Assembly (NCBI GenBank): GCA_035607135.1
Contig: DATNCR010000348.1
Coordinates: 1-50,913, forward strand
Reading direction: 5' to 3'
Source: Nitrospiraceae bacterium
Lineage (GTDB): Bacteria; Nitrospirota; Nitrospiria; Nitrospirales; Nitrospiraceae
DNA: 50,913 bases
In this document: piece by piece, positions 18,361-27,638 of the stretch
How positions within the stretch are numbered: the first letter of the stretch is position 1
Layout: every line of letters begins with the position of its first letter
The notes under the pieces: model-generated
What the model saw: only the letters and a program-made list of their open reading frames with translations
What the model was told of the DNA's origin: nothing
The model's database searches: none
Made by a program: the position numbers and the translations under genes

Positions 18361-19599
18361 CTATTCGTCATGAACTTTCAGTCCAACCCGTATCCCACCT
18401 TTTATGAGTAGGCGATAGATACCCCTACTTTGAATCCTAGGAAGCAGCCTAAATTTGAAGCGATGCAAGAATCGGCTGCTCGCACGGTTTGGAAAGACGA
18501 ATAGCCAGAAGTGGGGCCGCACATGTTCCGTCCAGCTCATCTTCCAACGCTCGACCGCTCCAAGAAAATCAACCTCGTCGTATTTCAGGCTCCACGCATC
18601 CTCCAGTAAGCGCCAGCACAGCATATGGGATGGCGCGCTGTTCGAGAAGTGCGGATCATAGCCCGATTTCAACACATAGAGCTTGTTATGAAAGAGCAGA
18701 GTAATTTGCACGGAGATTCGTTCGCCCTTCACCGTCAAAAAGTAGAGACGTAACCATCCTTGTCGAGCCGCCAGCAGCATGAGTCTTCGATAAAAGGCCT
18801 CTCGGCCGGCGTGACAGAGAATGGCTGTTCCGGCCTTCTGTTTCCAGGCCGCTCCTTCCAGCCTCAATGCATCGTCTATTGCCTGAGACAAATTCTCTTC
18901 TCCTTGAACGATTTCATGACTCACCGTACCGAGTCGGCTCAAGCCCTTCAGCCTCCCTTTTAAATTTGATAGGTGCTTGCGCGAAAGACCTTTCTCATAT
19001 TCGGCCCATGAGCGAACAATGGGTATGTAGGGACTGTTGTTCGATGCCCAGGTACCGACCAGGAACTTGTCGTCGATGGCCAACAGAGGGAGCATCTCCA
19101 GTGCCTGAGCGCCAGGAATTAATTGCCGTAGTTCAAACACATCCCACTCCTTTGAATGGGAGGCTAAAAATTTCCAGATCGCACGGCAGGCCTCCTCCGG
19201 GCGACGCGTCAGGATGAAATCGAACCGCTCAGTGTAGACATTGGCAATCCCCCGAAGGCGCCGCACCGGGCATCCATACATCCGGCCACGATCCAGCATC
19301 AGGGGAGCGAGCGCTATCGTCTTGGTCCCTTCCGTGACAAGGATGATAAACAGGCTTCCTTCCGGTTTAAAACAATCCCACCAGCTGCAGATCCATTCAT
19401 GACGGATGAAGGGGTGATCAATTCCCGCTTCTTCGACAAGCCGATTCCAAACCGACTCCAATCCGACGAAGGCCTCATAGTCTCGAAGCAGTTCAACCTG
19501 CAAGTCCACAGCCGGTATTTCCACGGTGGACGCCATTTTGAATTCCTCCGGATGTTCCGGTTCCAACGGTTGGACCTGAACCATCGACCCTGTTTTCAT
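18361..19599 (-). CDS. CelD/FemAB-like GNAT acyltransferase (Acetyltransf_6-type), paralog 1
   Basis: By my eye roughly half of its residues match the 20923-22131 product (LESVWNRLVEEAGI..PF.RHEW, PVRRLRGI.NVYTERFDFIL, GWLR.YFLT..G.RI.V...LLF.N..Y.LKSGYDP). GAGGA lies 7 nt before the ATG at 19599. A GTG at 19701 that overlaps the upstream stop is an alternative start. Confidence 0.7.
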   Translation of the reverse strand: MKTGSMVQVQPLEPEHPEEFKMASTVEIPAVDLQVELLRDYEAFVGLESVWNRLVEEAGIDHPFIRHEWICSWWDCFKPEGSLFIILVTEGTKTIALAPLMLDRGRMYGCPVRRLRGIANVYTERFDFILTRRPEEACRAIWKFLASHSKEWDVFELRQLIPGAQALEMLPLLAIDDKFLVGTWASNNSPYIPIVRSWAEYEKGLSRKHLSNLKGRLKGLSRLGTVSHEIVQGEENLSQAIDDALRLEGAAWKQKAGTAILCHAGREAFYRRLMLLAARQGWLRLYFLTVKGERISVQITLLFHNKLYVLKSGYDPHFSNSAPSHMLCWRLLEDAWSLKYDEVDFLGAVERWKMSWTEHVRPHFWLFVFPNRASSRFLHRFKFRLLPRIQSRGIYRLLIKGGIRVGLKVHDE

Positions 19600-19697
19600 G
19601 GCTCGTTCCTCTGTCCCACTCCGGACTACGCCCGGAGGCCCCGACATGACGCGACCCTGATCAAACACTTCGAGATATACAAAGGCGGATACATGGA

Positions 19698-20930
19698 TCA
19701 CGCAATCCGGGATTCAGCATGAACGGCCTCTGAAAACGGCAAGACGATATCAAGCTCTCTCACCTGCCGCGCCATATAATCGATGTGTGGCCATGTGATG
19801 TCCTGATGGATTGGCAGTTCCAAGACATGCCGGCGAAGATAACGAGCGTCAGGGCCTTCATGTCCCGCCACAGAGGGGTCGCCCTCATTCCATAGTTCCG
19901 TCGCCATCACGCCCCGCTGCGCCAAGCTCCGGGATGCCTGCGTCTTATTCGCGACCAGGAGCGGAAAAAACAATGGACAGACCCCCGGCGGCAAATCTGC
20001 ACGTACGGCGGCGTGATGAGGCAATTGCTCTTGTAGCCTGAGAAAGTTTTCCCGTCGACGACGATGAATGGTCTTGTAATCCAGCCCAGTGAACAAGCGT
20101 CTCGACCAGGATGCCATGCCGATGCCGACATGCGACGGATTGAAGCCGGTATCGCCGACAGGCACTCGTTCGACATGCAATCTATTCAGCAGGCGGCCGA
20201 TACCCTGTTTCACATCCACCAGTCGACGCCCTGTTACAGGATAACGACTGCGGAATCGCTCGATCCCAAGTTCGGCGAGACGTCCGGCGACAAACATCTT
20301 CCCGCCCCGTCGCAGCGGCAATCTGGTTATTCCCTTGAACACGTTTTGATTCTGGACCAACACGCCGCCGTCCGGGAGCGGGAGCGTTTTATAGAGGCAA
20401 AACACTGCGTAATCGCCGAATGTCCCGACCGGTTGGCCGCCGAGGTCCGTCAGCATGGCCAACGCGCAATCTTCGACCAGCACCAGGCCGGATTCCATGC
20501 AGAGGATGCGAAGCTGCTCCATCGGTTGGGGCCAACCGGCATAATGGATGACGAAGAAGACCTGCGCGTTGTGCTCCCGAATGAGATGGCGTAACGTTTT
20601 CCGGTTCATTTCAAAATCATGTGCGACCGGGTACCATATGATCTGTGCGCCGGCAGCACGGATGGCCCGTACCTCGTTGCCCATATGGTAATCGGGCACC
20701 AACACGACCCGACGGCCACTCCGCACGAGCTCTCTGAACAGGTAATAGATCGCGCTCCGGGCGGTATGGAAAAATGTCGTATCGGCCGCGTTCAAGGGAA
20801 AGGGCAGATCCTGCTTGTCATGGGCATATAATTCGTGCAAACCGAGGCCCTGCCATGCGGGAAGATACATTGCCTGTTCCTCCGCTCTACGAACCGAATG
20901 CCGGGACAGGACGTCTAAGAGACTAATCAT
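19698..20930 (-). CDS. DegT/DnrJ/EryC1-like PLP-dependent enzyme (sugar aminotransferase-like, divergent)
   Basis: FHTARSAIYYLF...VLVPDYHMGNEV...VIHYAGWPQPMEQL...AVFCLYKTLPLPDGGVLV has the fold-type I layout, with a candidate PLP lysine in YKTLP. Confidence 0.65.
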   Translation of the reverse strand: MISLLDVLSRHSVRRAEEQAMYLPAWQGLGLHELYAHDKQDLPFPLNAADTTFFHTARSAIYYLFRELVRSGRRVVLVPDYHMGNEVRAIRAAGAQIIWYPVAHDFEMNRKTLRHLIREHNAQVFFVIHYAGWPQPMEQLRILCMESGLVLVEDCALAMLTDLGGQPVGTFGDYAVFCLYKTLPLPDGGVLVQNQNVFKGITRLPLRRGGKMFVAGRLAELGIERFRSRYPVTGRRLVDVKQGIGRLLNRLHVERVPVGDTGFNPSHVGIGMASWSRRLFTGLDYKTIHRRRRENFLRLQEQLPHHAAVRADLPPGVCPLFFPLLVANKTQASRSLAQRGVMATELWNEGDPSVAGHEGPDARYLRRHVLELPIHQDITWPHIDYMARQVRELDIVLPFSEAVHAESRIA

Positions 20931-22131
20931 GCTGTACCGTCACATCCATATGCGTGGCGACGCGCCGTAACGGCGCGTAGATGCGGCTTTCTCTAATGCG
21001 TGGGATGAGGCTGGCCTTGAGATAGTGCAACAATCGAGACTTGGGACGCTTCGGAAACGCGAACAACCAGAAGTGTCGGCGCCGATCCCTGGCCCAATTT
21101 AATTTCCATCGCTCTGTATTGCCGAGGAAATCGATTTCGTCAAACTTGAGACTCCAGGCTTCCTCGAGAATTTTGTGACAGAGCAGATGCCCCGGAGAAT
21201 AGGCCGCATACTCGGGATCGTATCCCGATTTGAGCATATAGATTCTGTTCCGGAAAAGTAGTGCAATACGGACGGCAATTCGCTTGCCACCCAACGTCAA
21301 AAAATAGATCCTGAGCCACCCCTGCTGGCCTGCGGTTTGGAGAATTTGCCGATAAAAAGCCCGGCTATCCGACCGACTTCGGATCGCAGTGCCGCCCTCA
21401 TCTTTCCAGGCCACGGCTTCTAGGTTCAAGGCCTCCTCGAGATCCGCATCGAGCCGGGCGTTCGAGACAACGACATCCAAACCCAGTGGCGCCGACGTCT
21501 CCAAATGATGCTGGGATTTTCGAATGTTGGCACGATGGCCTTTTTTGAGACTGCTGAAGTAGGTCTCCCATGGTTGCCGGACCGGAATATAAGGGGATTC
21601 CGTTGAAAGCCATTCCGTCAGGAGCAATCGACGCTCGATTTCCAGTCTCGGCAGATACCCGATCACTTCACTATCTTCCGGCAACTGCCGGAGTTCGAGC
21701 ACATCCCATTCGGAAGCATGATCAGCCAAATAGGTCCAGATGGCGATGCAGCAATCAGCGGGGCGGACGGAGAGAATAAAATCGAACCGCTCCGTGTATA
21801 CATTCGTGATTCCCCGCAAGCGCCGAACGGGAATCCCATACATCTTGACTCGATCCCGCATAAGGGGAGCGATCGCGATCGGATGCCCGCCCTCACACAC
21901 GATGACAATGTTGAACGTTCCACCATGGTCGAAACACTCCCACATCGCGCGGATCCATTCATGCCGTACGAATGGAAACGCTATGCCTGCTTCCTCCACC
22001 AGACGATTCCATGTCGACTCAAGCTCGATGAAGGCTCCGTAATCCGTGACCACTTCGACAGACAGAGCGCGAGCCGGCGGTTGCAACACGTCCGGGAGTT
22101 CCGCGACTAAGGCAACAGAATTATGCCGCAC
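20923..22131 (-). CDS. CelD/FemAB-like GNAT acyltransferase (Acetyltransf_6-type), paralog 2
   Basis: See paralog 1 for the shared motifs. The only in-frame starts are GTG or TTG (22131, 22089, 22086). The 22131 start overlaps the upstream gene by 11 nt. Confidence 0.7.
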   Translation of the reverse strand: MRHNSVALVAELPDVLQPPARALSVEVVTDYGAFIELESTWNRLVEEAGIAFPFVRHEWIRAMWECFDHGGTFNIVIVCEGGHPIAIAPLMRDRVKMYGIPVRRLRGITNVYTERFDFILSVRPADCCIAIWTYLADHASEWDVLELRQLPEDSEVIGYLPRLEIERRLLLTEWLSTESPYIPVRQPWETYFSSLKKGHRANIRKSQHHLETSAPLGLDVVVSNARLDADLEEALNLEAVAWKDEGGTAIRSRSDSRAFYRQILQTAGQQGWLRIYFLTLGGKRIAVRIALLFRNRIYMLKSGYDPEYAAYSPGHLLCHKILEEAWSLKFDEIDFLGNTERWKLNWARDRRRHFWLFAFPKRPKSRLLHYLKASLIPRIRESRIYAPLRRVATHMDVTVQHD

Positions 22132-23236
22132 GATGAATGCCTTCCATACGTCGCATGTGATTCCCTGCCATTATGTCGTTGTACAATGTCGACCATTGGC
22201 TACCCACCCGGCTCCATGAATATCGGTCCAGTTGCGCGTAGGCCTGGGACGCCATCGACCGCGCGCGATCAGGATATTCCAGCAAACGCGTGGCAGCGGC
22301 AGCCATCGCAGCAGAGTCTCTCTCCGGCACGATCGTACCGGTGACACCGTCTTCAAGCATATTGACGATATCCCCGACACCGGTGCTGACAACGGGCAGA
22401 CCGGACGCGATCGCTTCAAGAATGGACAGTGGTTGATTGTCGATGAGTGAGGAATTCAGAAAGATATCCGCGCCGTCATGGACCGACGGCATGTCCGCGG
22501 GGTCGACGGCCCCTAGGAATCGAATCCCTTCGATCCCTAGCGATCGGCACAATCGTTTCAATTCTGTTTCCTGGCTCCCGGCGCCGACGATTGAAAGCGT
22601 GGCCTCGGGGTACCTCGTCTTAAGAAGCGCGTAGGCTCGAATCGTGTGATCCACTCCATAGTACCATTCGAAGTTTCGTATGGAGAGGAACTTAGGACGT
22701 AGCGGCTTCCGCACGCGATACTGAAACCGCTCGATATCGATCGTATTATGGATGACGCGGGCTCGGTATCCGTAAGTGGCAAATACGCGCCGTAGGTACT
22801 CGGACGGAACCACGATTTCGTCGACGAGCTTCAGCCACGGATGGATGAGCCGACCCCAATGAGCGAGATGATCTTCCGCCTCGCCGCTATGGTAATTAAG
22901 CACCACGGGTTTGCCGAACAGTCGACCTGATAGAAGGGCCGGGAGCGGCGCGAGGAGAAACGACCAGTACGAGGCCGAGGAGGCTTGCACGATGTCGGAA
23001 CGGCGGAGCCGGATCAGACCGGGAAGATACAGGCACTGATTGACGAGAGTTCGAATGTAGGGCACTCGCCTCACCCATCTGAACCGGCGAGAAAATTCCG
23101 GATCAATGGGAATGAACTGCACCTCGTACCCTTCCCCTTTGAGTTGTTCGGTCAGCATCGACGCATGCAACGCTTGACCACCGAATGTTCTCGCACTGGG
23201 GGCAATGAGTGCGATCTTGGGTCGAGCAAGCATCAC
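22121..23236 (-). CDS. Family-4 (GT-B) glycosyltransferase
   Basis: IALIAPSARTFGGQALHA...GADIFLNSSLIDNQPLSILEAIASGLPVVSTGVGD matches the E-x7-E region. It has an ATGA overlap with the flippase stop. Confidence 0.85.
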   Translation of the reverse strand: MMLARPKIALIAPSARTFGGQALHASMLTEQLKGEGYEVQFIPIDPEFSRRFRWVRRVPYIRTLVNQCLYLPGLIRLRRSDIVQASSASYWSFLLAPLPALLSGRLFGKPVVLNYHSGEAEDHLAHWGRLIHPWLKLVDEIVVPSEYLRRVFATYGYRARVIHNTIDIERFQYRVRKPLRPKFLSIRNFEWYYGVDHTIRAYALLKTRYPEATLSIVGAGSQETELKRLCRSLGIEGIRFLGAVDPADMPSVHDGADIFLNSSLIDNQPLSILEAIASGLPVVSTGVGDIVNMLEDGVTGTIVPERDSAAMAAAATRLLEYPDRARSMASQAYAQLDRYSWSRVGSQWSTLYNDIMAGNHMRRMEGIHRAA

Positions 23237-24705
23237 GGGCTAGTCCTCGGTATCGACGAGAAACGTCGGGACATCCAATCCAGTAAGACATCCCATTCGC
23301 TTTTTCGAATCAAACCCACGGTCCATGCCAACAGAAGATAACCACCCCCATAGATCAGGCTGATTACAGCGAGGCGGATCACCAAGGAAGTCGGCCCCTG
23401 GGACGCCATCCACACAGCCGGCAAGGACGCCGCGAGCGCTGCCGCTCCGATGCCCCCGAGGTCGCGCCAGGGAAGAAGACGTCCGACCCCCACATGCCAG
23501 CAGGACATCATTTTCGCGAGCCCCATCGCTTTGCCGACCGCTAAGGCCAGTATGGTGACCAGCACGGCGCCGACCAACCCCATGCCGCTCAAGAACCAAT
23601 ACATGCTACCGGCCACGACGGCCACCCGCACAATGTTGATCACGAGGAGAAATCTCATCTGCGCATAGACGCGAAGCAAGCCGTCTATCGGAATCGCCGC
23701 GAACAGAATCGCAAACGACCACGCCATAAAGACCGGAACACTGGCCGCATAGGCCTCGGTGAAAAGAAAGACGATCAGATCGTGCGCCACGACGAGTAAC
23801 AGCGCCACCAGAGGGAAAAACACGAGGGCCAATTTCCTCACTGTATCGTGCCACATGACGATGATCGTGGATTCTCGCCCATCGCGGATGGCCTGCACCA
23901 TGCCGACCATCATGACATTGACGACCGATGTGCTGACGACTTCCACCAGCGGAACCTGAAGGCATCCGACCGAATAGACCGCGAACGTGGCCGCATCGAA
24001 TACAGAAGACACGACATATTGGTGCAATGTTTCCTGTCCCGTTAGAAACAGCACATACACCGCGAATGGTAAACTGTAGGCAGCCTGCCGCATCAGCAAG
24101 GTCCAGTTGGGTCGCAGCGCATCTCCGAATTCCCTGATGCAATACCAGAGGGTCGTTCCAAGACGGATCGCCGCGAACACGATCGCGCCGTACAGCATAC
24201 TGGCCAAGGTATGAAACACGAGCACCGGAGTGAGGATCAGCAACGCACGACTGGTATCGGACAGGCCGTAGGATGCGGCGGCTGTGCCGTAGTGATGACG
24301 GGCCGTCATCACGACTTCTAGCACATAGGACGCGAGCATCAAGAGGAAAAATACTGCCAGCAGCGGCATGAGGGCAGCCAGTGACGGGTTATTCATCCAT
24401 CCGGCAACGACATCTGCCCCCACAAAGAGCAACCCTCCGCAGAGTAGGCCTATGAGCCCCAGTACCACAATCGAATTACAGACGTACTTGCCCCCGTCTT
24501 CCCCCGCGCCGGGCAGAAAATAAAACAAGTTTTCAGACATCCCCACCTGTGCGAGACTTAAGATGGTCCCGTAGAGTAAGAACACCTGCTTATATGTCCC
24601 AAATTCCTCTTGGCCGAATATGCGTACAAGAATAAGAGGCAAGAGGAATAAGACGACATAGCCAATCGTCCGCCCAGCCATAATGGTCACTGCGGGTTTA
24701 AACAT
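23233..24705 (-). CDS. Wzx-type oligosaccharide flippase (MOP superfamily polysaccharide biosynthesis protein)
   Basis: About 12-14 predicted TM helices that begin right after MFKPAVTIMAGRTIGYVVLFLLPLILVRIFGQEEFG. The start at 24705 overlaps the upstream stop (ATGTTTAA). The 50-aa Arg-rich extension of the ORF-track model is unlikely to be real. Confidence 0.8.
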   Translation of the reverse strand: MFKPAVTIMAGRTIGYVVLFLLPLILVRIFGQEEFGTYKQVFLLYGTILSLAQVGMSENLFYFLPGAGEDGGKYVCNSIVVLGLIGLLCGGLLFVGADVVAGWMNNPSLAALMPLLAVFFLLMLASYVLEVVMTARHHYGTAAASYGLSDTSRALLILTPVLVFHTLASMLYGAIVFAAIRLGTTLWYCIREFGDALRPNWTLLMRQAAYSLPFAVYVLFLTGQETLHQYVVSSVFDAATFAVYSVGCLQVPLVEVVSTSVVNVMMVGMVQAIRDGRESTIIVMWHDTVRKLALVFFPLVALLLVVAHDLIVFLFTEAYAASVPVFMAWSFAILFAAIPIDGLLRVYAQMRFLLVINIVRVAVVAGSMYWFLSGMGLVGAVLVTILALAVGKAMGLAKMMSCWHVGVGRLLPWRDLGGIGAAALAASLPAVWMASQGPTSLVIRLAVISLIYGGGYLLLAWTVGLIRKSEWDVLLDWMSRRFSSIPRTSP

Positions 24706-25882
24706 CGTGGCTATCTCCGTGGCGTTCCGATTGTCGTGGTGGCGGGTTCGAGATATCCTCTCCGATGGCTCGATCATCCTTCGGCGTCGAGGCCGCAGCC
24801 CTTCCATTATGATCATGCGCGCAGGGAGACCAGAGGTCATACAGACGGTTCGCATGGCAACTCATGAGGGCCGCTGAAAACTGTCCGGCTCCATCTACAC
24901 ATGACCGCTCCCACAACAATGTACGGGGAATTGTCAGGCCGGGATGCCTCCGGTCGCGGCGGAGACAGGTTCCGTAGCCGAAGCGATATCCCGCCTTGGC
25001 AACCGCCGACACCACAGCAGCGTTGAAACGTCCATCCGGATATGCAAAATGTGCGATGGGTCGATTCAGCTTGTCGCGGAGCGTGAACCTCGATTCCACT
25101 GTCTGGGAGGTCACCTGGTCGTCGCTTTCTTCCGTGAGGAGCGCATGCGTTTGCGTATGTGATCCGATGGTCATACCGGAATCGGCGATGGTCCGTACCA
25201 TCTCCCAGTCCAAGGTCTGCATCTCCGGATAGTCACCGGGATCGATTCGACATACGGTTTCCAGTGCCTCGATCACACGCCGCAAGGTCTTCTGGGGAAG
25301 GGTGGTGAACAGCCACCGCATCGTGCGGAAGGCATCGTCGAGCCGTCCGCCGCCATTATAGGCGCCGATATGGATATCATTCGCACCGAGAAAACGTTGA
25401 AATCTCTCCTCGGAATGGCCGAAGAGGGGAAGAACTTTCTCAAGAAGGAGATACGTTTTGTCATAGATCTGAAGTTCAGGACTGCCTGTGGCCTCGGTGA
25501 CGATGAACATCCCTGCCGGTATGCCTTTTTGCTTCAACAACGGCAGGGCTAGGTGATAGACCCCGGCATAGCCATCGTCGAAGGTCACTGCCGCCGAAGG
25601 CTGCCCGAACGGATCGCCATGCTCCAACCGGGCACCGAGTTCGTCCAAGTTGATGAAGCGGTATCGGCGCCCGATCCAGTCCAACTGACTCTCCAACATA
25701 TTCAGGCTGATCAAATTCGGATTTTTCGCGAGCCCGGGCCGAGCGTGAACGTCTTCCACGACCCCGTGATAGGCGAGAACAAGCGGCAAGGCCTTGGTCC
25801 CCGTCCAGGACGCGACGGCACGATCAGTGCCCGTCCAGCCCAGCGCAGCGGCAACCCCGTTCTTCATAAGAGTTTTCAACAT
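24698..25882 (-). CDS. Polysaccharide deacetylase (NodB homology domain)
   Basis: AVTFDDGYAGVY is the TFDDG motif 1, followed by GSHTQTH and FAYPDG motifs. Confidence 0.85.
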   Translation of the reverse strand: MLKTLMKNGVAAALGWTGTDRAVASWTGTKALPLVLAYHGVVEDVHARPGLAKNPNLISLNMLESQLDWIGRRYRFINLDELGARLEHGDPFGQPSAAVTFDDGYAGVYHLALPLLKQKGIPAGMFIVTEATGSPELQIYDKTYLLLEKVLPLFGHSEERFQRFLGANDIHIGAYNGGGRLDDAFRTMRWLFTTLPQKTLRRVIEALETVCRIDPGDYPEMQTLDWEMVRTIADSGMTIGSHTQTHALLTEESDDQVTSQTVESRFTLRDKLNRPIAHFAYPDGRFNAAVVSAVAKAGYRFGYGTCLRRDRRHPGLTIPRTLLWERSCVDGAGQFSAALMSCHANRLYDLWSPCAHDHNGRAAASTPKDDRAIGEDISNPPPRQSERHGDSHDV

Positions 25883-25979
25883 GCGGACGAGGGGAACTGG
25901 TGATCGGTGATGAAATCGAACAAGAAGAGTTCTGGGTCGCTAGGCGCTCAATCGCTGAGACGAACTAATGAGGTCTCCG

Positions 25980-27638
25980 CTAATGGCCGCCATCGGCGAC
26001 GTATGCGCCGCGTTTCCAGGCAATAGCTCGGTCCAACATGGCTTGGGGAAGCAGCCGGCGGGCGGCTGATTTGGCTCGACCATCGAGTGCCACTGCCGCT
26101 CGGCACAGAATGCCTCCGATGGAAGGCGGAAACATCTGTATCCGGACCAACTCGCGCGATTCGCTGGCCCAGAGCGCCTTGTATGTCTCTGTTCCATGCA
26201 GCAGGTCGTAGTCTTCAACTCCTTCCGTCACCGCGTGCTTGATTGCCAACCCCATGGTGACCAAACCCACGCTCTGCTGCCGATAGGCGGGATCGAATCC
26301 GGACTGATAGAAGTAAAAGCGGCGACGGTAGAGAAATCCATAGAGTGCTCCGATGGGACGGCCGTCCAGCCTGAGGATGAACAGGCGGAGCCAGCCTCGT
26401 TCAAGGGCAGTACGGCTGAACGCGTCGTGAAAGGCTTGCATGGTCGGCGAGCGCAATGTCTCGGAACCTCCCCGTTGATCCCAGCGCAAATTGTGAAGGT
26501 CGAGCAGATTCCGCAGAGCCTCCGGCCGTTGCTCCTCGTGCTCCACCACGCCGAACGTCAAGGTACCGAGTTTATGAAGGTTCTTCAGGCGCCGGTTGAA
26601 ATTGTACCGATGCTGCGATCCCAAACCGGAGAGGTACGATTCCCACGTATGTCCCTTTAACGGAATATGAGGAGACACATCGATAATACGGCGCTGCGCG
26701 ATCCATCCAGCTTGCTCGAGTTCCTGCACCAATCCGGCAGCGAGCGCGTCCTTTGCGTTGAGATGGCTGAAGGTCATCATCGACCGGCGTCCGTTAAAAT
26801 ATTCCGTCAGACTCCGGCTCACTTGTTGCTCATGTCCACGCCGGATGACGATGTCCAAATAATCAGAGCCAACCAGGCCGCTCCCGAGGAATTGCAGCGA
26901 TCGGGACGGCAGGAAGCCTCCGAACCGGTTGCGCTCGCTGAACAGAGGCGCCAGTCCGAGTAGCCGGCTATGGCGCCGTACGGTCGTGATCGCTAGCGTT
27001 CGTTCGGTGGAAAAATGCCGCCACCAAGTCTCGAGCCACTCTCGCGTGAGAAACAGGCAATCGGCATCGCTGTCGTTCAACAGCTCGGCCCATTCTTCCG
27101 CCAAATGCGGGAGCTGGCTTGGATCCTTGATGCTGGTCACCAAGAGGTTATCCGTCGACCGATAGGACAGCGCATCCGCCTCCTCAGGAGGTTGCAGGCA
27201 ACTGTAATCCGCAATATCGATGTCTGTTCGAACCACCTTCGCCGGAATCCCTGCGACAACCGTTCGAGGAGGGACATCCTCCAGCACAACGGCATTCGCC
27301 CCGATCACCGATTCGGTACCGATGGAAATGGGCCCGAGCAGCTTCGCGCCTGCTCCGATGACACAGCGGTCTTCGATCACCGGCACGCCCCACCGACGAG
27401 ACCGCCCGCCGACTGTCACTTGATGGCCGAACGTGACAAACTTTCCGATTTTACAGCGTTCGTGCAGTACCACTCCTATGCCTCCATAGGCGAACTCCGT
27501 TCCCTCGCCGATCTCCGTGGACATCGGAATGACCGCGTTGTACAGCACGCAGATGGCCTGGTACATCAACCTGGGAACCACCGGAATACGACGGCGATAA
27601 CACCAATGACCGACTCGATAGAAGGAAAGCGCGTTCAT
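25980..27638 (-). CDS. Fusion protein: N-terminal hexapeptide (LbH) serine-acetyltransferase-like O-acetyltransferase plus C-terminal CelD/FemAB-like GNAT domain
   Basis: Residues 1 to about 140 (YRVGHWCYRRRIPVVPRLMY...IGEGTEFAYGGIGVVLHERCKIGKFVTFGHQVTVGG...VIGAGAKLLGPISIGTESVIGANAVV) look like a CysE/EpsC-type LbH domain. Residues from about 170 to 552 (FLTREWLETWW...GWLRLFILRLDGRPIGALYGFLYRRRFYFYQSGFDP) look like an Acetyltransf_6 domain. Confidence 0.75.
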   Translation of the reverse strand: MNALSFYRVGHWCYRRRIPVVPRLMYQAICVLYNAVIPMSTEIGEGTEFAYGGIGVVLHERCKIGKFVTFGHQVTVGGRSRRWGVPVIEDRCVIGAGAKLLGPISIGTESVIGANAVVLEDVPPRTVVAGIPAKVVRTDIDIADYSCLQPPEEADALSYRSTDNLLVTSIKDPSQLPHLAEEWAELLNDSDADCLFLTREWLETWWRHFSTERTLAITTVRRHSRLLGLAPLFSERNRFGGFLPSRSLQFLGSGLVGSDYLDIVIRRGHEQQVSRSLTEYFNGRRSMMTFSHLNAKDALAAGLVQELEQAGWIAQRRIIDVSPHIPLKGHTWESYLSGLGSQHRYNFNRRLKNLHKLGTLTFGVVEHEEQRPEALRNLLDLHNLRWDQRGGSETLRSPTMQAFHDAFSRTALERGWLRLFILRLDGRPIGALYGFLYRRRFYFYQSGFDPAYRQQSVGLVTMGLAIKHAVTEGVEDYDLLHGTETYKALWASESRELVRIQMFPPSIGGILCRAAVALDGRAKSAARRLLPQAMLDRAIAWKRGAYVADGGH

